Shown piece after piece: positions 1-11,101 of a stretch of 32,000 nucleotides of DNA; the first letter of the stretch is position 1, and every line of letters begins with the position of its first letter. Under the pieces are notes generated by a model. The model made no database searches, was not told where the DNA came from, and worked only from the letters and a program-made list of their open reading frames with translations. The translations under genes were made by a program, and so were the position numbers. Source of the DNA: Wolbachia endosymbiont of Cimex lectularius (lineage in GTDB: Bacteria > Pseudomonadota > Alphaproteobacteria > Rickettsiales > Anaplasmataceae); contig NZ_AP013028.1 of the NCBI RefSeq assembly GCF_000829315.1, positions 360,001 through 392,000 of the forward strand, written 5' to 3'.

Positions 1-721
1 ATTTTTCCACAATCGCCTGCACTTTTCTAACCAGGCAAAAGAGCGTTCAACAACCCATCTTTTTGGCAATACGACGAAAGTGTGTAACTCACTTCGCTTT
101 ATTACTTCAACAGTCGCACCAATGATAGCTTTTATTTGTGTTGCAAAATTTTCTCCTGTGTAGCCAGCATCAACCAGTATGTTTTTAACTTCAGAGAGGT
201 TTGCTTTAGCATTTTCGACCATTTTCACAGCACTGCTACGGTCAGTTGCTTCTGCCGTTGTTACATAAATTGCATGTGGCAAACCTTGTGTATCAACTGC
301 AATATGGCGCTTTATCCCTGAAATCTTTTTACCTGCATCATAGCCTTTTTTTTCAGCAGTATCTGCGTTTTTAACGCTTTGAGAATCAATTATACAAAAG
401 CTAGTTTTCTCTTTCCGACCATTGCTGATACGGACCTCTCCAACTAATTTTTTTTAAGACTAATTCCAACAAGCTTGGCTCTTCTCCATTCTTTTTACTC
501 CACACTCGAAAATAGTAATATACGCTTTCCCATCTTGGAAAACCCTTTGGTAACATCCTCCACTGACAACCACTTTTTAAGACGTACAACACCCCACAAA
601 ATACGTCATACAAATCAAGTTTTCTTGGTTTTGTTTTCTGCTTGCTACTCTCCAAAATTGGCCTGATTTTTTCAAACTGCTCTTGACTTATATTACTTGG
701 ATAACTTTTCTGCATAGACAC
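1..721 (-). CDS. IS5-family DDE transposase OrfAB; orfA is 401..721 and the orfB frame runs from the A8 run to the window edge, so the C-terminus is outside the window
   Basis: OrfA begins MSMQKSYPSNISQEQFEKIRPIL...CGVLYVLKSGCQWRMLP, an IS5-type N-terminal domain. Re-reading one A on the minus-strand run TTAAAAAAAATT gives KLVGEVRISNGRKEKTSFCIIDSQSVKNADTAEKKGYDAGKK... This then continues as the DDE-domain ORF seen in copy 2 (GIKRHIAVDTQG...VDAGYTG...). Confidence 0.75.
448..455 (-). promoter_or_regulatory. Putative programmed -1 frameshift slippery run (A8) joining transposase orfA and orfB
   Basis: The A8 run lies where the orfA and orfB frames overlap. The orfA frame stops at 401, while the -1 frame stays open and encodes the IIDSQSVK catalytic region. 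Confidence 0.5.
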
Positions 722-749
722 CTCATTATTAATCTATGCTTACTTTACC

Positions 750-2034
750 TCACATTTCCAAGATTTTAAACAGGTTCTCAGATAAAAGCTCCCCTACTTG
801 AAATTCAACTATCTCAAGTGGAAAGTTTGCGCTTCTATTTTCAATTCTATGGGAAACTTTCCTTGGAATTTCTACCACATGATTTGTCGCTATACCGCAC
901 GTTTTTTTCCCTAAATTTATATATCCAGCTCCTGACAGCACTATATGGTACTCATCTCTATAGCAGTGAAACTGCCTAGAAGTGCAGCTCAATGGGCTTA
1001 TAAACAGATATTTTATAAGAAAATTCTCGCCCATTAAAACTACACTGCAAAACCCCCATGGCTTGATTTCTTTCCTTATTGCCTTCGCTTCCTTAACTTT
1101 ACTAATAAATGACATTAAGCTCTTATCTGGCTGCTTGCAAGCTCTACTTAATAAATTTTTTGCACTACTTTCTGCTGTGAAATTTTGCTCTTTTTTTCCG
1201 GTCACATGCTGGAATGACACCGGTTCTTTATCAAATCTCTTACTTAATTCTAAAACTGCATTCCAAGTCCCAACATCCATCCAATCGAAATTAGCCTCTA
1301 TCATTGCAACGTTTTCCGCTTTCTCCATTATCAAATAATCAATGGATACGCCTTCAACTCCCAAAATCCCGCTGCCTTAAATACAGAAATCCCTCTTGTG
1401 GTGTGGAATGTTGCGCACTTGCACAACATAAATTATAAAGATTTGGGGCAGATCTTTTCATCTCATCTACATAGCGTTTTGCTTTAAACACGAATATTCC
1501 AGAGTTCCAGTAATGATCGTTACTCAATTCGTGCTCAGGTTTTTCTGTGAAACTCTTAACTATATGGTATTTCTCCTGCTGACCATAAACTGCATTGATA
1601 TAGCCATATTCGGGATTAAATTCATGAGGCTTTACTCCAAAAGTAACTATAGAGTTAGTTTCAGAGGCTATCTGAGCCGCTTTTTGAGCAGAAGCATAAA
1701 AATTGCTCAAATCGCCTATAAAGTGGTCTGAAGGCAGAATTAACATTACCTCATCTTCATCGCAAAGAGGTGCAGCAATTAATATTGCTGCTGCTGTTCC
1801 GATCTTTACCGGCTCAAAAATCACTTTATACTCTTGCAGCGCTTTTAATTCCTCCATCACTAACGATTCATACCGTATATTTGTGGCAATTATGGGCGGC
1901 ATATAGTCACTTTTTAGTCTCAATAAAGTGTTTTGAAGCATGGTGTTATGACTAAATATTTTCTGAAATTGCTTTGGCTTGGATAAAGGCCAAAGCCTAC
2001 TGCCGCTACCACCACACAATATCACAGGGCGCAT
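750..2034 (-). pseudogene. manC: Mannose-1-phosphate guanylyltransferase / mannose-6-phosphate isomerase (ManC/CpsB/XanB type), split by a frameshift and 3'-truncated by the IS
   Basis: The N-terminal ORF 1354..2034 starts MRPVILCGGSGSRLWPLS (nucleotidyltransferase G-loop). The C-terminal ORF 750..1364 carries SIDYLIMEK and a cupin part (KPWG...HRIENRS...PLEIVEFQVG). The two frames overlap at 1354..1364. The last residues NLFKILEM and the stop codon are read from inside the IS terminus. Confidence 0.7.
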
Positions 2035-2073
2035 TTGGTATAAGATATTAAATAATTAATATCTTATACCAAA
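2034..2073. repeat. 40-bp perfect palindrome (17-bp arms, 6-nt centre) abutting the manC-like start codon
   Basis: TTTGGTATAAGATATTA-AATAAT-TAATATCTTATACCAAA. The left arm overlaps the minus-strand ATG at 2032..2034. Confidence 0.9.
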
Positions 2074-2147
2074 GGTAAAATATACGCAAGCTTTTGTTGT
2101 GAAGCGATTAAAATAGAAAGTGTGTATTAAATTAAAGTAATTGCTGA

Positions 2148-3392
2148 TTATGGATGTGATGGAGCGTTTTTTGCGCTTTCCTGTCTTTCTCGTGTTACTT
2201 TATCAGTATAAGGAGTACCGCTCCCCTGATTTTTATCATCTCTTTGTCCATTAATCTTGTTTTGCGATTTCTCCTTTTCTGAGCTTTGTTTTTTAAATTT
2301 ATCCATGCTTTCACTACTTTTGCTCGGCCCCTTTTCCAACTCTCTCTCAATGCCTGGCCTCCTAGCATCAAGCTCTTTCCAGGTGCCACAAATAGTATCA
2401 CGGTCAAGATAGTCTTTCTTCTCTAGCTCTGACCTATTTCCTTCTTTAACAGCTGAATAATCGTTTTTTGTTTCTTCCCAATATTCCTTTAATTGGTGTT
2501 TCCACATAGTCCAGTAAGCATCACCATACTTTTTCTTATTTGCCACAAATAACAAAATTGGAGCCTCAAGTGTGGTAGCTCCCATGTTCACTAAATTTTT
2601 CACTGCCATTGCAGGAGTGAACAAAAGGTAACCAAAAAATTTTGCAATTGGATTTTGTCTGTTTACTAAATGCTTCCCTAACTTCATAGGAATGAAAGTC
2701 AGCAGTTTAGCACAAATCTTAGCTAAGCCCGCAGCAAGAACAATAGGAACAGATATAAGACTTTTATCTAGCTCTAGATTACCATTTTGATCCCTAACTT
2801 CAAAAAAACTAGTGCTTAACTTCTTATAATCACTAGTGTACAATAATTCTCCATTTCTTCCTTCCTGGTCAACAACTTCCTGAATTTTACCTTCTTTATT
2901 TTTTACCTCTTTAGTTAGCACAGAAGAATTAGTTAGTTCAAACGGGTATTTAGAATTCTCAGTTTTTTGAGCTTCAAAAACTGGCAAATGTTTTTCAAGA
3001 TCGATTTTTGAAAACTCAAATGGTTTATAGTAGCTATCATAGTGCTTAACATCCTTATTTTTTTTTGGATTAACTAAAAAGTCAATGGTAAAATAAGATC
3101 TGTTATCAACTTTCTTAACCAAAGCTAGATCAAACTCGTATCCATTATATTTAAGCTGGTATTCGGGATTTCCCTCTTCATCTTTTACAAGCTTTCCATT
3201 CCTATCTTTTTTTTCTATAATTTCCCCAGACTCTACAATCTGATCATAATTTTTTGGGTATTGACATTTTTTTCCATTATATGTCATTACCTTCCTAAGG
3301 TCCTTTACATAGACTTGAGATTCAAGTAAAGTAAATAAATTCTTCACTTTTAGCGTAAGGTCCGTTCCCCACTTTTTCAATGTCTCTAACAT
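2148..3392 (-). CDS. Hypothetical 414-aa protein with Lys/Glu/Asn-rich N-terminal half, central two-helix hydrophobic hairpin and charged low-complexity C-terminal tail
   Basis: Long ATG-initiated ORF. Hydrophobic segments are LISVPIVLAAGLAKICAKLLTFIPM and IAKFFGYLLFTPAMAVKNLVNMGATTLEAPILLFV. The tail reads KSSESMDKFKKQSSEKEKSQNKINGQRDDKNQ... I recognise no family. Confidence 0.6.
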   Translation of the reverse strand: MLETLKKWGTDLTLKVKNLFTLLESQVYVKDLRKVMTYNGKKCQYPKNYDQIVESGEIIEKKDRNGKLVKDEEGNPEYQLKYNGYEFDLALVKKVDNRSYFTIDFLVNPKKNKDVKHYDSYYKPFEFSKIDLEKHLPVFEAQKTENSKYPFELTNSSVLTKEVKNKEGKIQEVVDQEGRNGELLYTSDYKKLSTSFFEVRDQNGNLELDKSLISVPIVLAAGLAKICAKLLTFIPMKLGKHLVNRQNPIAKFFGYLLFTPAMAVKNLVNMGATTLEAPILLFVANKKKYGDAYWTMWKHQLKEYWEETKNDYSAVKEGNRSELEKKDYLDRDTICGTWKELDARRPGIERELEKGPSKSSESMDKFKKQSSEKEKSQNKINGQRDDKNQGSGTPYTDKVTRERQESAKNAPSHP

Positions 3393-3475
3393 ATTGCTAA
3401 ACCAAGATAACTAAGCACTATAGTTCAATAATAAAACCAGCATACTAAGAATATGTTAACATAGAATAGATGATT

Positions 3476-3841
3476 TTACAAGAAAATATGCTTGTAAAAG
3501 AAAAAAATCGTAAAAGTAAGAGCTATATAAGTGATGCTCGACAAATACTTTATACATGTAATCGTAAAAACTCTTAGAGGTACACTGTGTATGTAATCTT
3601 CACACACTACTTGCATTCCAAGAACTGCATGCCAAAAAATACAAAACAATAATACAACAAAAAATAAAAGCTCTAGAGGATGATCAATAGCCTGAAATAA
3701 TTTTTCATTAAAAGACAAAGGAGTATCAGCATAAAGTGCACAAGAAAATGAATAGATAAACCAAGGAAATAAAAACAATAAAATCACCGCAGAAACACGT
3801 TGAACCCACCAATGATGTACTGAATTTCCAGATTGACTCAT
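3476..3841 (-). CDS. sdhD: Succinate dehydrogenase hydrophobic membrane anchor subunit SdhD
   Basis: 121 aa with three hydrophobic helices and the HHWWVQRVSAV motif. It overlaps the sdhC stop by 4 nt. Confidence 0.85.
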   Translation of the reverse strand: MSQSGNSVHHWWVQRVSAVILLFLFPWFIYSFSCALYADTPLSFNEKLFQAIDHPLELLFFVVLLFCIFWHAVLGMQVVCEDYIHSVPLRVFTITCIKYLSSITYIALTFTIFFFYKHIFL

Positions 3842-4215
3842 ATAAACATAAATAAAAAAGCTATAGTAGAGAAAAGTAAAGTTACTGTCAGTAGCATAGC
3901 ACTTTTTGAGACACTAGTAATTTCTAAATTAAGTCCAGCATCCCATAATAAATGACGAATACCATTGAGAAAATGATATAGAAAGCTTACAAGACATAAA
4001 ACATAAGCTAACTTGGCGATAGGAGTAGATAACAATACATTCAAGTACTTTACTATAAATAGCTCAGGAAAATAAACATGTAATATAAAATACCAAGAAA
4101 GCACCATTAACAGAAGGAATAATAAGATACCAGTTAATCTGTGCATAATAGAAAAAAAACTAGTAACTTGTACTTTATATATTTGCAAATGTGGAGAAAG
4201 AGGCCTATCACTCAT
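3838..4215 (-). CDS. sdhC: Succinate dehydrogenase cytochrome b556 subunit SdhC
   Basis: N-terminus MSDRPLSPHLQIYK is the SdhC signature. It also has HRLTG and three transmembrane helices. Confidence 0.9.
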   Translation of the reverse strand: MSDRPLSPHLQIYKVQVTSFFSIMHRLTGILLFLLLMVLSWYFILHVYFPELFIVKYLNVLLSTPIAKLAYVLCLVSFLYHFLNGIRHLLWDAGLNLEITSVSKSAMLLTVTLLFSTIAFLFMFI

Positions 4216-4242
4216 AAAATTCCATTATCAAGAAATTAAAAT

Positions 4243-4268
4243 AAAGTAGAAGTAAAGACAGCAATATA
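4243..4268 (-). promoter_or_regulatory. 3' arm of the 16S rRNA processing stem (pairs with 5884..5909)
   Basis: AAAGTAGAAGTAAAGACAGCAATATA on the + strand is the reverse complement of 5884..5909 with one mismatch. The two arms bracket the 16S gene. Confidence 0.6.
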
Positions 4269-4315
4269 GTACACCACAACACCACTATTAAAAGTGGTGA
4301 GTTGTGCACAAAGCC

Positions 4316-5818
<1,503 letters not shown>

Positions 5819-5883
5819 TAGACTTCAACCTATAAAAGGTTGAGGGTACATCGGATAAATCCGACAAAAAAAATAATTAGCTT

Positions 5884-5909
5884 TATATTGCTGTCTTTAT
5901 TTCTACTTT
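5884..5909 (-). promoter_or_regulatory. 5' arm of the 16S rRNA processing stem (pairs with 4243..4268)
   Basis: TATATTGCTGTCTTTATTTCTACTTT on the + strand. In the minus-strand precursor, the leader and trailer arms form a ~26-bp duplex of the kind used as an RNase III substrate. Confidence 0.6.
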
Positions 5910-5951
5910 AGAAATATTTCGATTTCCAACTATTCAAACAACTTTGAAAAC

Positions 5952-5980
5952 ATTATTATGTGATATAATTGCTATGTCAA
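5952..5980 (-). promoter_or_regulatory. Candidate 16S rRNA promoter (A-tract, TTGACA, 17 nt, AATAAT)
   Basis: The minus strand reads GCAAAAACTTATTGACA-tagcaattatatcacat-AATAAT, about 135 nt upstream of the mature 5' end. Confidence 0.45.
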
Positions 5981-6043
5981 TAAGTTTTTGCAAATCAAAA
6001 AGCATTAATATATAAAAAATATATATCTATTGAGAATATCACT

Positions 6044-6586
6044 ATGAAGAAATACATTTTTCTACTTGCATTGGTACCAGTGCTAATTGGCATAACATTG
6101 TACTCGTTACGTAATATTGATAATGCAAAACAATCTACAATTGCAGGTAATAAGTTCTATGAAGTGTTATTCTCCAAAAAAGATAGTGAGTTATTAGAGG
6201 GAACAGACTCAAATTGGAAGCATTTAGCAGACTTTGAAAGTGCATTCAGTCGTATCTCAAACTCAACATCAACAGACGCAGCATCTATTTATAGTGATAT
6301 AGCAGATAATGAGGATGTTCCTGACGTTTTGCGTGAATTAGCACAATACTTAGAAGTAATGAATTTGTTTTATAGCAGTGACAAAATAAATGAAGATAAA
6401 ATCAATAATTTAGCAGCAAATGCGGTGTATCCTTACTCAAGTCAAGAAGCTATCGCTATAATAAAGATACATAATAATGACATTAAAGGTGCAATTGAAA
6501 TATTGCGTTCACTATTAAATGACAGAAAATGCCCTACTCTAATAAAAGCCAATGCGCAAGAATTACTCCGGATATATGGAAGTTAA
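6044..6586 (+). CDS. Hypothetical membrane-anchored protein, helical C-terminal part (possibly YfgM/TPR-like)
   Basis: 180-aa ORF with N-terminal anchor MKKYIFLLALVPVLIGITLY. The family assignment is only an impression. Confidence 0.55.
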   Translation: MKKYIFLLALVPVLIGITLYSLRNIDNAKQSTIAGNKFYEVLFSKKDSELLEGTDSNWKHLADFESAFSRISNSTSTDAASIYSDIADNEDVPDVLRELAQYLEVMNLFYSSDKINEDKINNLAANAVYPYSSQEAIAIIKIHNNDIKGAIEILRSLLNDRKCPTLIKANAQELLRIYGS

Positions 6587-6662
6587 AAGACTGCTTGCAT
6601 AGTTTTTTTGTTTCTACTGAATCCAACGTGCTGCTGAAAGCTATACAAAAGGTCTATTTTTA

Positions 6663-9600
6663 TTAACTATAAACAGCGTTTTGTATCTGCTGCAATGACT
6701 TTACTTCCAGCCTGCTGCTTTTTACATATTGAATTGCAAGTACTAACGCTTTACTTCCAGACGCTGTGGTGCTATAAGCTATATTTTGCAAAATAGCAGC
6801 TCTTCTAATGTCCTTGCTATCTGAAACTGATTTGACACCTTTTGAGGTATTGATCACTAGATTTATTTTTCCATCTTTAAGCATATCAACTATGTGGGGC
6901 CTGCCTTCCCTCACTTTATTTACAGCTTTTGCAGCAATGCCATTATTGTTCAGATACGAGGCTGTGCCTTTAGTGGCGTATATTTCAAAACCCAGCCCCT
7001 TCAACATTCGTGCAACTGGCAATATATATTCTTTATCATCATCTTTTACTGAAATCAAAGCTCTTCCTTCTGTTGGCAACTTATACCCTGCAGCCATGTA
7101 AGCTTTTGCTAGCGCGGCCTCAAAGGATGAGTCGATTCCCATTACCTCTCCTGTTGACTTCATTTCCGGACCGAGCAGAGTGTCAATTTCCGAAAAACGT
7201 GTAAACGGAAAAACAGCAGCTTTGATTGCAAAGTGATCAAGAGATTTCTTTTCTTGGTCTAATTTTTTGCCTAGAATAACTTGCGTTGCGAGCTTTGCAA
7301 CAGGAATATTGATTACCTTGGAAATAAAAGGAACTGCACGGCTAGCTCTTAAATTCACTTCCAGTATGTATATATTATTCTCTTGAATGGCAAATTGAAT
7401 GTTTATCAGGCCTTTCACCTTCAGTTCAAAAGCTATTCTTTCAGTTTGCAATTCAATCTCTTTTACGACTTCATCACTCAGCGTATTTGTCGGTATCGAG
7501 CAGGTTGAATCACCAGAGTGAACTCCGGCTTCTTCAATATGCTCCATAACTGCCGCAACGAAAACTTTTTCCCCATCGCATATAGCGTCAACGTCAACCT
7601 CAACTGCATTGACTAAGAATCTATCAAGTAGCAGCGACCCATGTTCAAAAATCTTAGTCTGATCCAGTACATATTCTTTAAAGCTCTCAATATCGTGCTT
7701 AATCGACATAGATTGACCACCCAAAACGTAGGATGGCCTGACTACTAATGGAAACCCCACCTTCTCTGCGTTGGCTAACGCTTCTTCCACTGAATGACAA
7801 ATAGAGTTCTCAGGTTGTTTTAAATCAAGCCGCAGAGCAAGGTTTTTAAATCTCATACGATCTTCGGCAAGATCTATAGAGTCAAAAGATGTACCTAAGA
7901 TATTCAAACCCCTTTCATTTAGTATTTTGGCTAACTTTAAAGGCGTTTGACCACCTATTTGCACTATGACACCCACTAGTGTACCATTCTCTTGCTCTTT
8001 GTTTAGTATTTCAAGCACATCCTCTACAGTTAGTGGAGCAAAATACAAACGATCAGTAGTATCATAATCAGTTGAAACAGTTTCAGGATTACAATTAATC
8101 ATTATTGTTTCATACCCCATTTCTTTGGCAGCGGAAACTGCATGCACGCATGCATAATCAAACTCAATACCCTGACCAATACGGTTTGGTCCACTGCCTA
8201 AAATGACAACCTTTTTTCGGTCAGAAACTTTCGCTTCGCACTCTGTCTTATTTATAACGTCTCCTTCATAACAGCCATACATATAGGCAGTGCTCGATTC
8301 AAACTCAGCTGCACACGTGTCTACACGTTTATAAACTGGATGAATGCCAAATTTTTTCCTTATTGCTTCAATTTGCTCTATTTTTTTGCTACTTAATTTT
8401 GCCAACCTTGTATCCGAAAATCCCATCTTTTTCAGCTCTAATATCTCATGTGCAGCTTCAGGCAAACCAGCTTCTTTAATTTTTTGTTCAGCTAAGATGA
8501 TCTGCCGTATATTTTGCAAAAACCACAGATCATACCCTGTAATCGAATTTATTTCTTCTATGCTTATTCCGTGACGCATTGCGTCAGCAGCAATCAGTAA
8601 TCTGTTTGGTAGCAATTTTGCTAATTGAGATTTTATATGATCAACATCTGTACCTTCAGAGAACACTTCATCAAGCCCCGTGAGGCCAGTTTCAAGTGAA
8701 CGAAAAGCTTTCTGTAGTGATTCATTAAAAGTACGGCCTATAGACATCACTTCCCCCACCGATTTCATGGAGGTTGATAGCTCACAATTCGTCCCCTTAA
8801 ATTTTTCGAATTCAAAACGAGGAATTTTGGTGACGATGTAATCAACCACTGGTTCAAATGCAGCAGGTATAATTGGTGCACAATCGTTGCGTATTTCATC
8901 AAGTGAATAGCCAACAGCAAGCTTAGTTGCAACTTTTGCTATGGGATAACCTGTTGCCTTTGAGGCCAGTGCAGAAGAGCGAGAAACTCTTGGATTCATT
9001 TCAATTACAACGAGGCTGCCATCTTCTTTGGGATTAACTGCAAACTGGACATTTGCACCACCTGCGCTAACATCAATTTCTCTCAGCACTGCTATAGATG
9101 CATTTCTCATTTGTTGGTACTCCGCATCACGCAGAGTTAAAGCAGGAGCAACAGTAATGCTATCACCTGTGTGAACTCCCATGGGATCAACATTTTCTAT
9201 TGAACAGACTATTATGCAGTTATCTTTGCAATCACGAATAACTTCCATTTCGTACTCTTTCCAACCAATAATCGACTCATCTATCTGAACTTCATTTATT
9301 GGCGAAATTTTCAGAGCATTCTCCGCAATGTTGATAAACTCTTCTTTATTGTACGCTATGCCACTACCTGCACCCCCAAGAGTAAACGATGAACGGATGA
9401 TTGCAGGCAACCCTATATAATCCAGAGCTTTCTTTATTTGGCCTTGATTTTTTATAATGATACTTTTAGGGTATTTTAGCCCTATTTTATCCATAGATTG
9501 GCGAAATAGTTCTCTATCTTCTGCTTTTTTGATTGCTTCTCTATTTACGCCAATCAGCTTTACATTATATGTATCTAACACCCCATCATCCGCAAGTTTC

Positions 9601-9899
9601 ATTGCGCAGTTTAGAGCAGTTTGCCCGCCCATCGTCGGCAATATTGCATTTGGCTTCTCTTTAATTATGATTTTTTCTATGATTTCAGGCAGTATGGGTT
9701 CAATATACGTTGCATCAGAAAACTCGGGATCCGTCATTATAGTTGCAGGATTAGAATTAACCAAAATGACTCTATAACCCTCACTTTTTAATACCTTGCA
9801 ACTCTGAGTTCCGGAATAATCAAACTCGCACGCCTGACCTATAATTATTGGACCTGCTCCTATTACTAATATAGATTCTATATCTGTACGTTTTGTCAT
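6663..9899 (-). CDS. carB: Carbamoyl-phosphate synthase large subunit
   Basis: 1078 aa with two ATP-grasp repeats ([21 protein letters not shown] and [19 protein letters not shown]) and an MGS-like C-terminal domain. Confidence 0.97.
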   Translation of the reverse strand: MTKRTDIESILVIGAGPIIIGQACEFDYSGTQSCKVLKSEGYRVILVNSNPATIMTDPEFSDATYIEPILPEIIEKIIIKEKPNAILPTMGGQTALNCAMKLADDGVLDTYNVKLIGVNREAIKKAEDRELFRQSMDKIGLKYPKSIIIKNQGQIKKALDYIGLPAIIRSSFTLGGAGSGIAYNKEEFINIAENALKISPINEVQIDESIIGWKEYEMEVIRDCKDNCIIVCSIENVDPMGVHTGDSITVAPALTLRDAEYQQMRNASIAVLREIDVSAGGANVQFAVNPKEDGSLVVIEMNPRVSRSSALASKATGYPIAKVATKLAVGYSLDEIRNDCAPIIPAAFEPVVDYIVTKIPRFEFEKFKGTNCELSTSMKSVGEVMSIGRTFNESLQKAFRSLETGLTGLDEVFSEGTDVDHIKSQLAKLLPNRLLIAADAMRHGISIEEINSITGYDLWFLQNIRQIILAEQKIKEAGLPEAAHEILELKKMGFSDTRLAKLSSKKIEQIEAIRKKFGIHPVYKRVDTCAAEFESSTAYMYGCYEGDVINKTECEAKVSDRKKVVILGSGPNRIGQGIEFDYACVHAVSAAKEMGYETIMINCNPETVSTDYDTTDRLYFAPLTVEDVLEILNKEQENGTLVGVIVQIGGQTPLKLAKILNERGLNILGTSFDSIDLAEDRMRFKNLALRLDLKQPENSICHSVEEALANAEKVGFPLVVRPSYVLGGQSMSIKHDIESFKEYVLDQTKIFEHGSLLLDRFLVNAVEVDVDAICDGEKVFVAAVMEHIEEAGVHSGDSTCSIPTNTLSDEVVKEIELQTERIAFELKVKGLINIQFAIQENNIYILEVNLRASRAVPFISKVINIPVAKLATQVILGKKLDQEKKSLDHFAIKAAVFPFTRFSEIDTLLGPEMKSTGEVMGIDSSFEAALAKAYMAAGYKLPTEGRALISVKDDDKEYILPVARMLKGLGFEIYATKGTASYLNNNGIAAKAVNKVREGRPHIVDMLKDGKINLVINTSKGVKSVSDSKDIRRAAILQNIAYSTTASGSKALVLAIQYVKSSRLEVKSLQQIQNAVYS

Positions 9900-9986
9900 A
9901 ATTATAATGACGATCTCTATTTAGGTAATGTTACCAATCTTTCCTGTATATGTGAATTTTTATTAGACTTATGGGCTACCACTTTA

Positions 9987-10847
9987 GAACCTGTTTAAAA
10001 TCTTCGTAACAGGAGAGAAATGAAGGAGAGGACTATCATCTGTAAGCTAGTGTTGAGCTTCCGCTCGCAATTTTTCCACAATCGCCTGCACTTTTCTAAC
10101 CAGGCAAAAGAGCGTTCAACAACCCATCTTTTTGGCAATACGACGAAAGTGTGTAACTCACTTCGCTTTATTACTTCAACAGTCGCACCAATGATAGCTT
10201 TTATTTGTGTTGCAAAATTTTCTCCTGTGTAGCCAGCATCAACCAGTATGTTTTTAACTTCAGAGAGGTTTGCTTTAGCATTTTCGACCATTTTCACAGC
10301 ACTGCTACGGTCAGTTGCTTCTGCCGTTGTTACATAAATTGCATGTGGCAAACCTTGTGTATCAACTGCAATATGGCGCTTTATCCCTGAAATCTTTTTA
10401 CCTGCATCATAGCCTTTTTTTTTCAGCAGTATCTGCGTTTTTAACGCTTTGAGAATCAATTATACAAAAGCTAGTTTTCTCTTTCCGACCATTGCTGATA
10501 CGGACCTCTCCAACTAATTTTTTTTAAGACTAATTCCAACAAGCTTGGCTCTTCTCCACTCTTTTTACTCCACACTCAAAAATAGTAATATACGCTTTCC
10601 CATCTTGGAAAACCCTTTGGTAACATCCTCCACTGACAACCACTTTTTAAGACGTACAACACCCCACAAAATACGTCATACAAATCAAGTTTTCTTGGTT
10701 TTGTTTTCTGCTTGCTACTCTCCAAAATTGGCCTGATTTTTTCAAACTGCTCTTGACTTATATTACTTGGATAACTTTTCTGCATAGACACCTCATTATT
10801 AATCTATGCTTACTTTACCTCACATTTCCAAGATTTTAAACAGATTC
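9987..10847 (-). mobile_element. IS5-family insertion sequence (IS1031/ISWpi1-like), copy 2, complete (861 bp) with TTA target-site duplication
   Basis: The termini are GAACCTGTTTAAAATCTT (9987) and AAGATTTTAAACAGATTC (ending 10847). TTA flanks both ends (9984..9986 and 10848..10850). Confidence 0.9.
9995..10791 (-). pseudogene. IS5-family transposase, inactivated (nonsense codon in orfA plus frameshift in orfB)
   Basis: CGA in copy 1 is TGA at 10576..10578, so orfA ends ...VYYYF*. The homopolymer at 10415..10423 is T9 versus T8 at 346..353 in copy 1. This moves the DDE domain out of the frame reached from the slippery site. Confidence 0.8.
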
Positions 10848-10914
10848 TTAGACCCACAACTACACAAGCATTATGATTTGACCAACCGCCATCCAATAGA
10901 AACAAAAAAACTAC

Positions 10915-10943
10915 TTGACAACCTTCACCTTTCCTTTTATCAT
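10915..10943 (+). promoter_or_regulatory. Sigma70-type promoter of element A1 (TTGACA-17-TATCAT, preceded by an A-tract)
   Basis: AACAAAAAAACTAC-TTGACA-accttcacctttccttt-TATCAT. Confidence 0.5.
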
Positions 10944-10987
10944 AGTACTGAAGCTATTATTTAACTTCCCAATCTGTGCAGGTTAAA

Positions 10988-11101
10988 ATGACAAGAAAAC
11001 TTGTATTTGGCGTACTATTGTTTAATTTTTCGCACTATGTGCACTGCATGTCTTTTTAAAACTTCGGGTTTTTACCCATACAAGCTGAAACGCGCTTATA
11101 A
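10988..11101 (+). pseudogene. Mini-ORF of element A1 with an in-frame TAA at codon 24
   Basis: After GCAGGttaaa comes ATG: MTRKLVFGVLLFNFSHYVHCMSF*NFGFLPIQAETRL*. The ATG and the final stop are in the same frame and align with the start and stop positions in copies A2 and A3. Confidence 0.25.

Larger units (their letters stand above)
1..777 (-). mobile_element. IS5-family insertion sequence (IS1031/ISWpi1-like), copy 1, cut by the left window edge
   Basis: Collinear with 10070..10847, differing by only 3 substitutions and one 1-nt indel. The right terminus ...AAGATTTTAAACAGGTTC ends at 777 and is the inverse of the terminus GAACCTGTTTAAAATCTT seen at 9987. The flanking triplet is TCA (778..780). 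Confidence 0.85.

Noticed and set aside
6808-9777. Several 60-110 aa + strand ORFs (6808..7101, 7010..7204, 8344..8574, 9457..9777)
   Set aside because: All are antisense to the well-supported carB ORF. Their translations are low-complexity mirror frames with no recognisable motifs.
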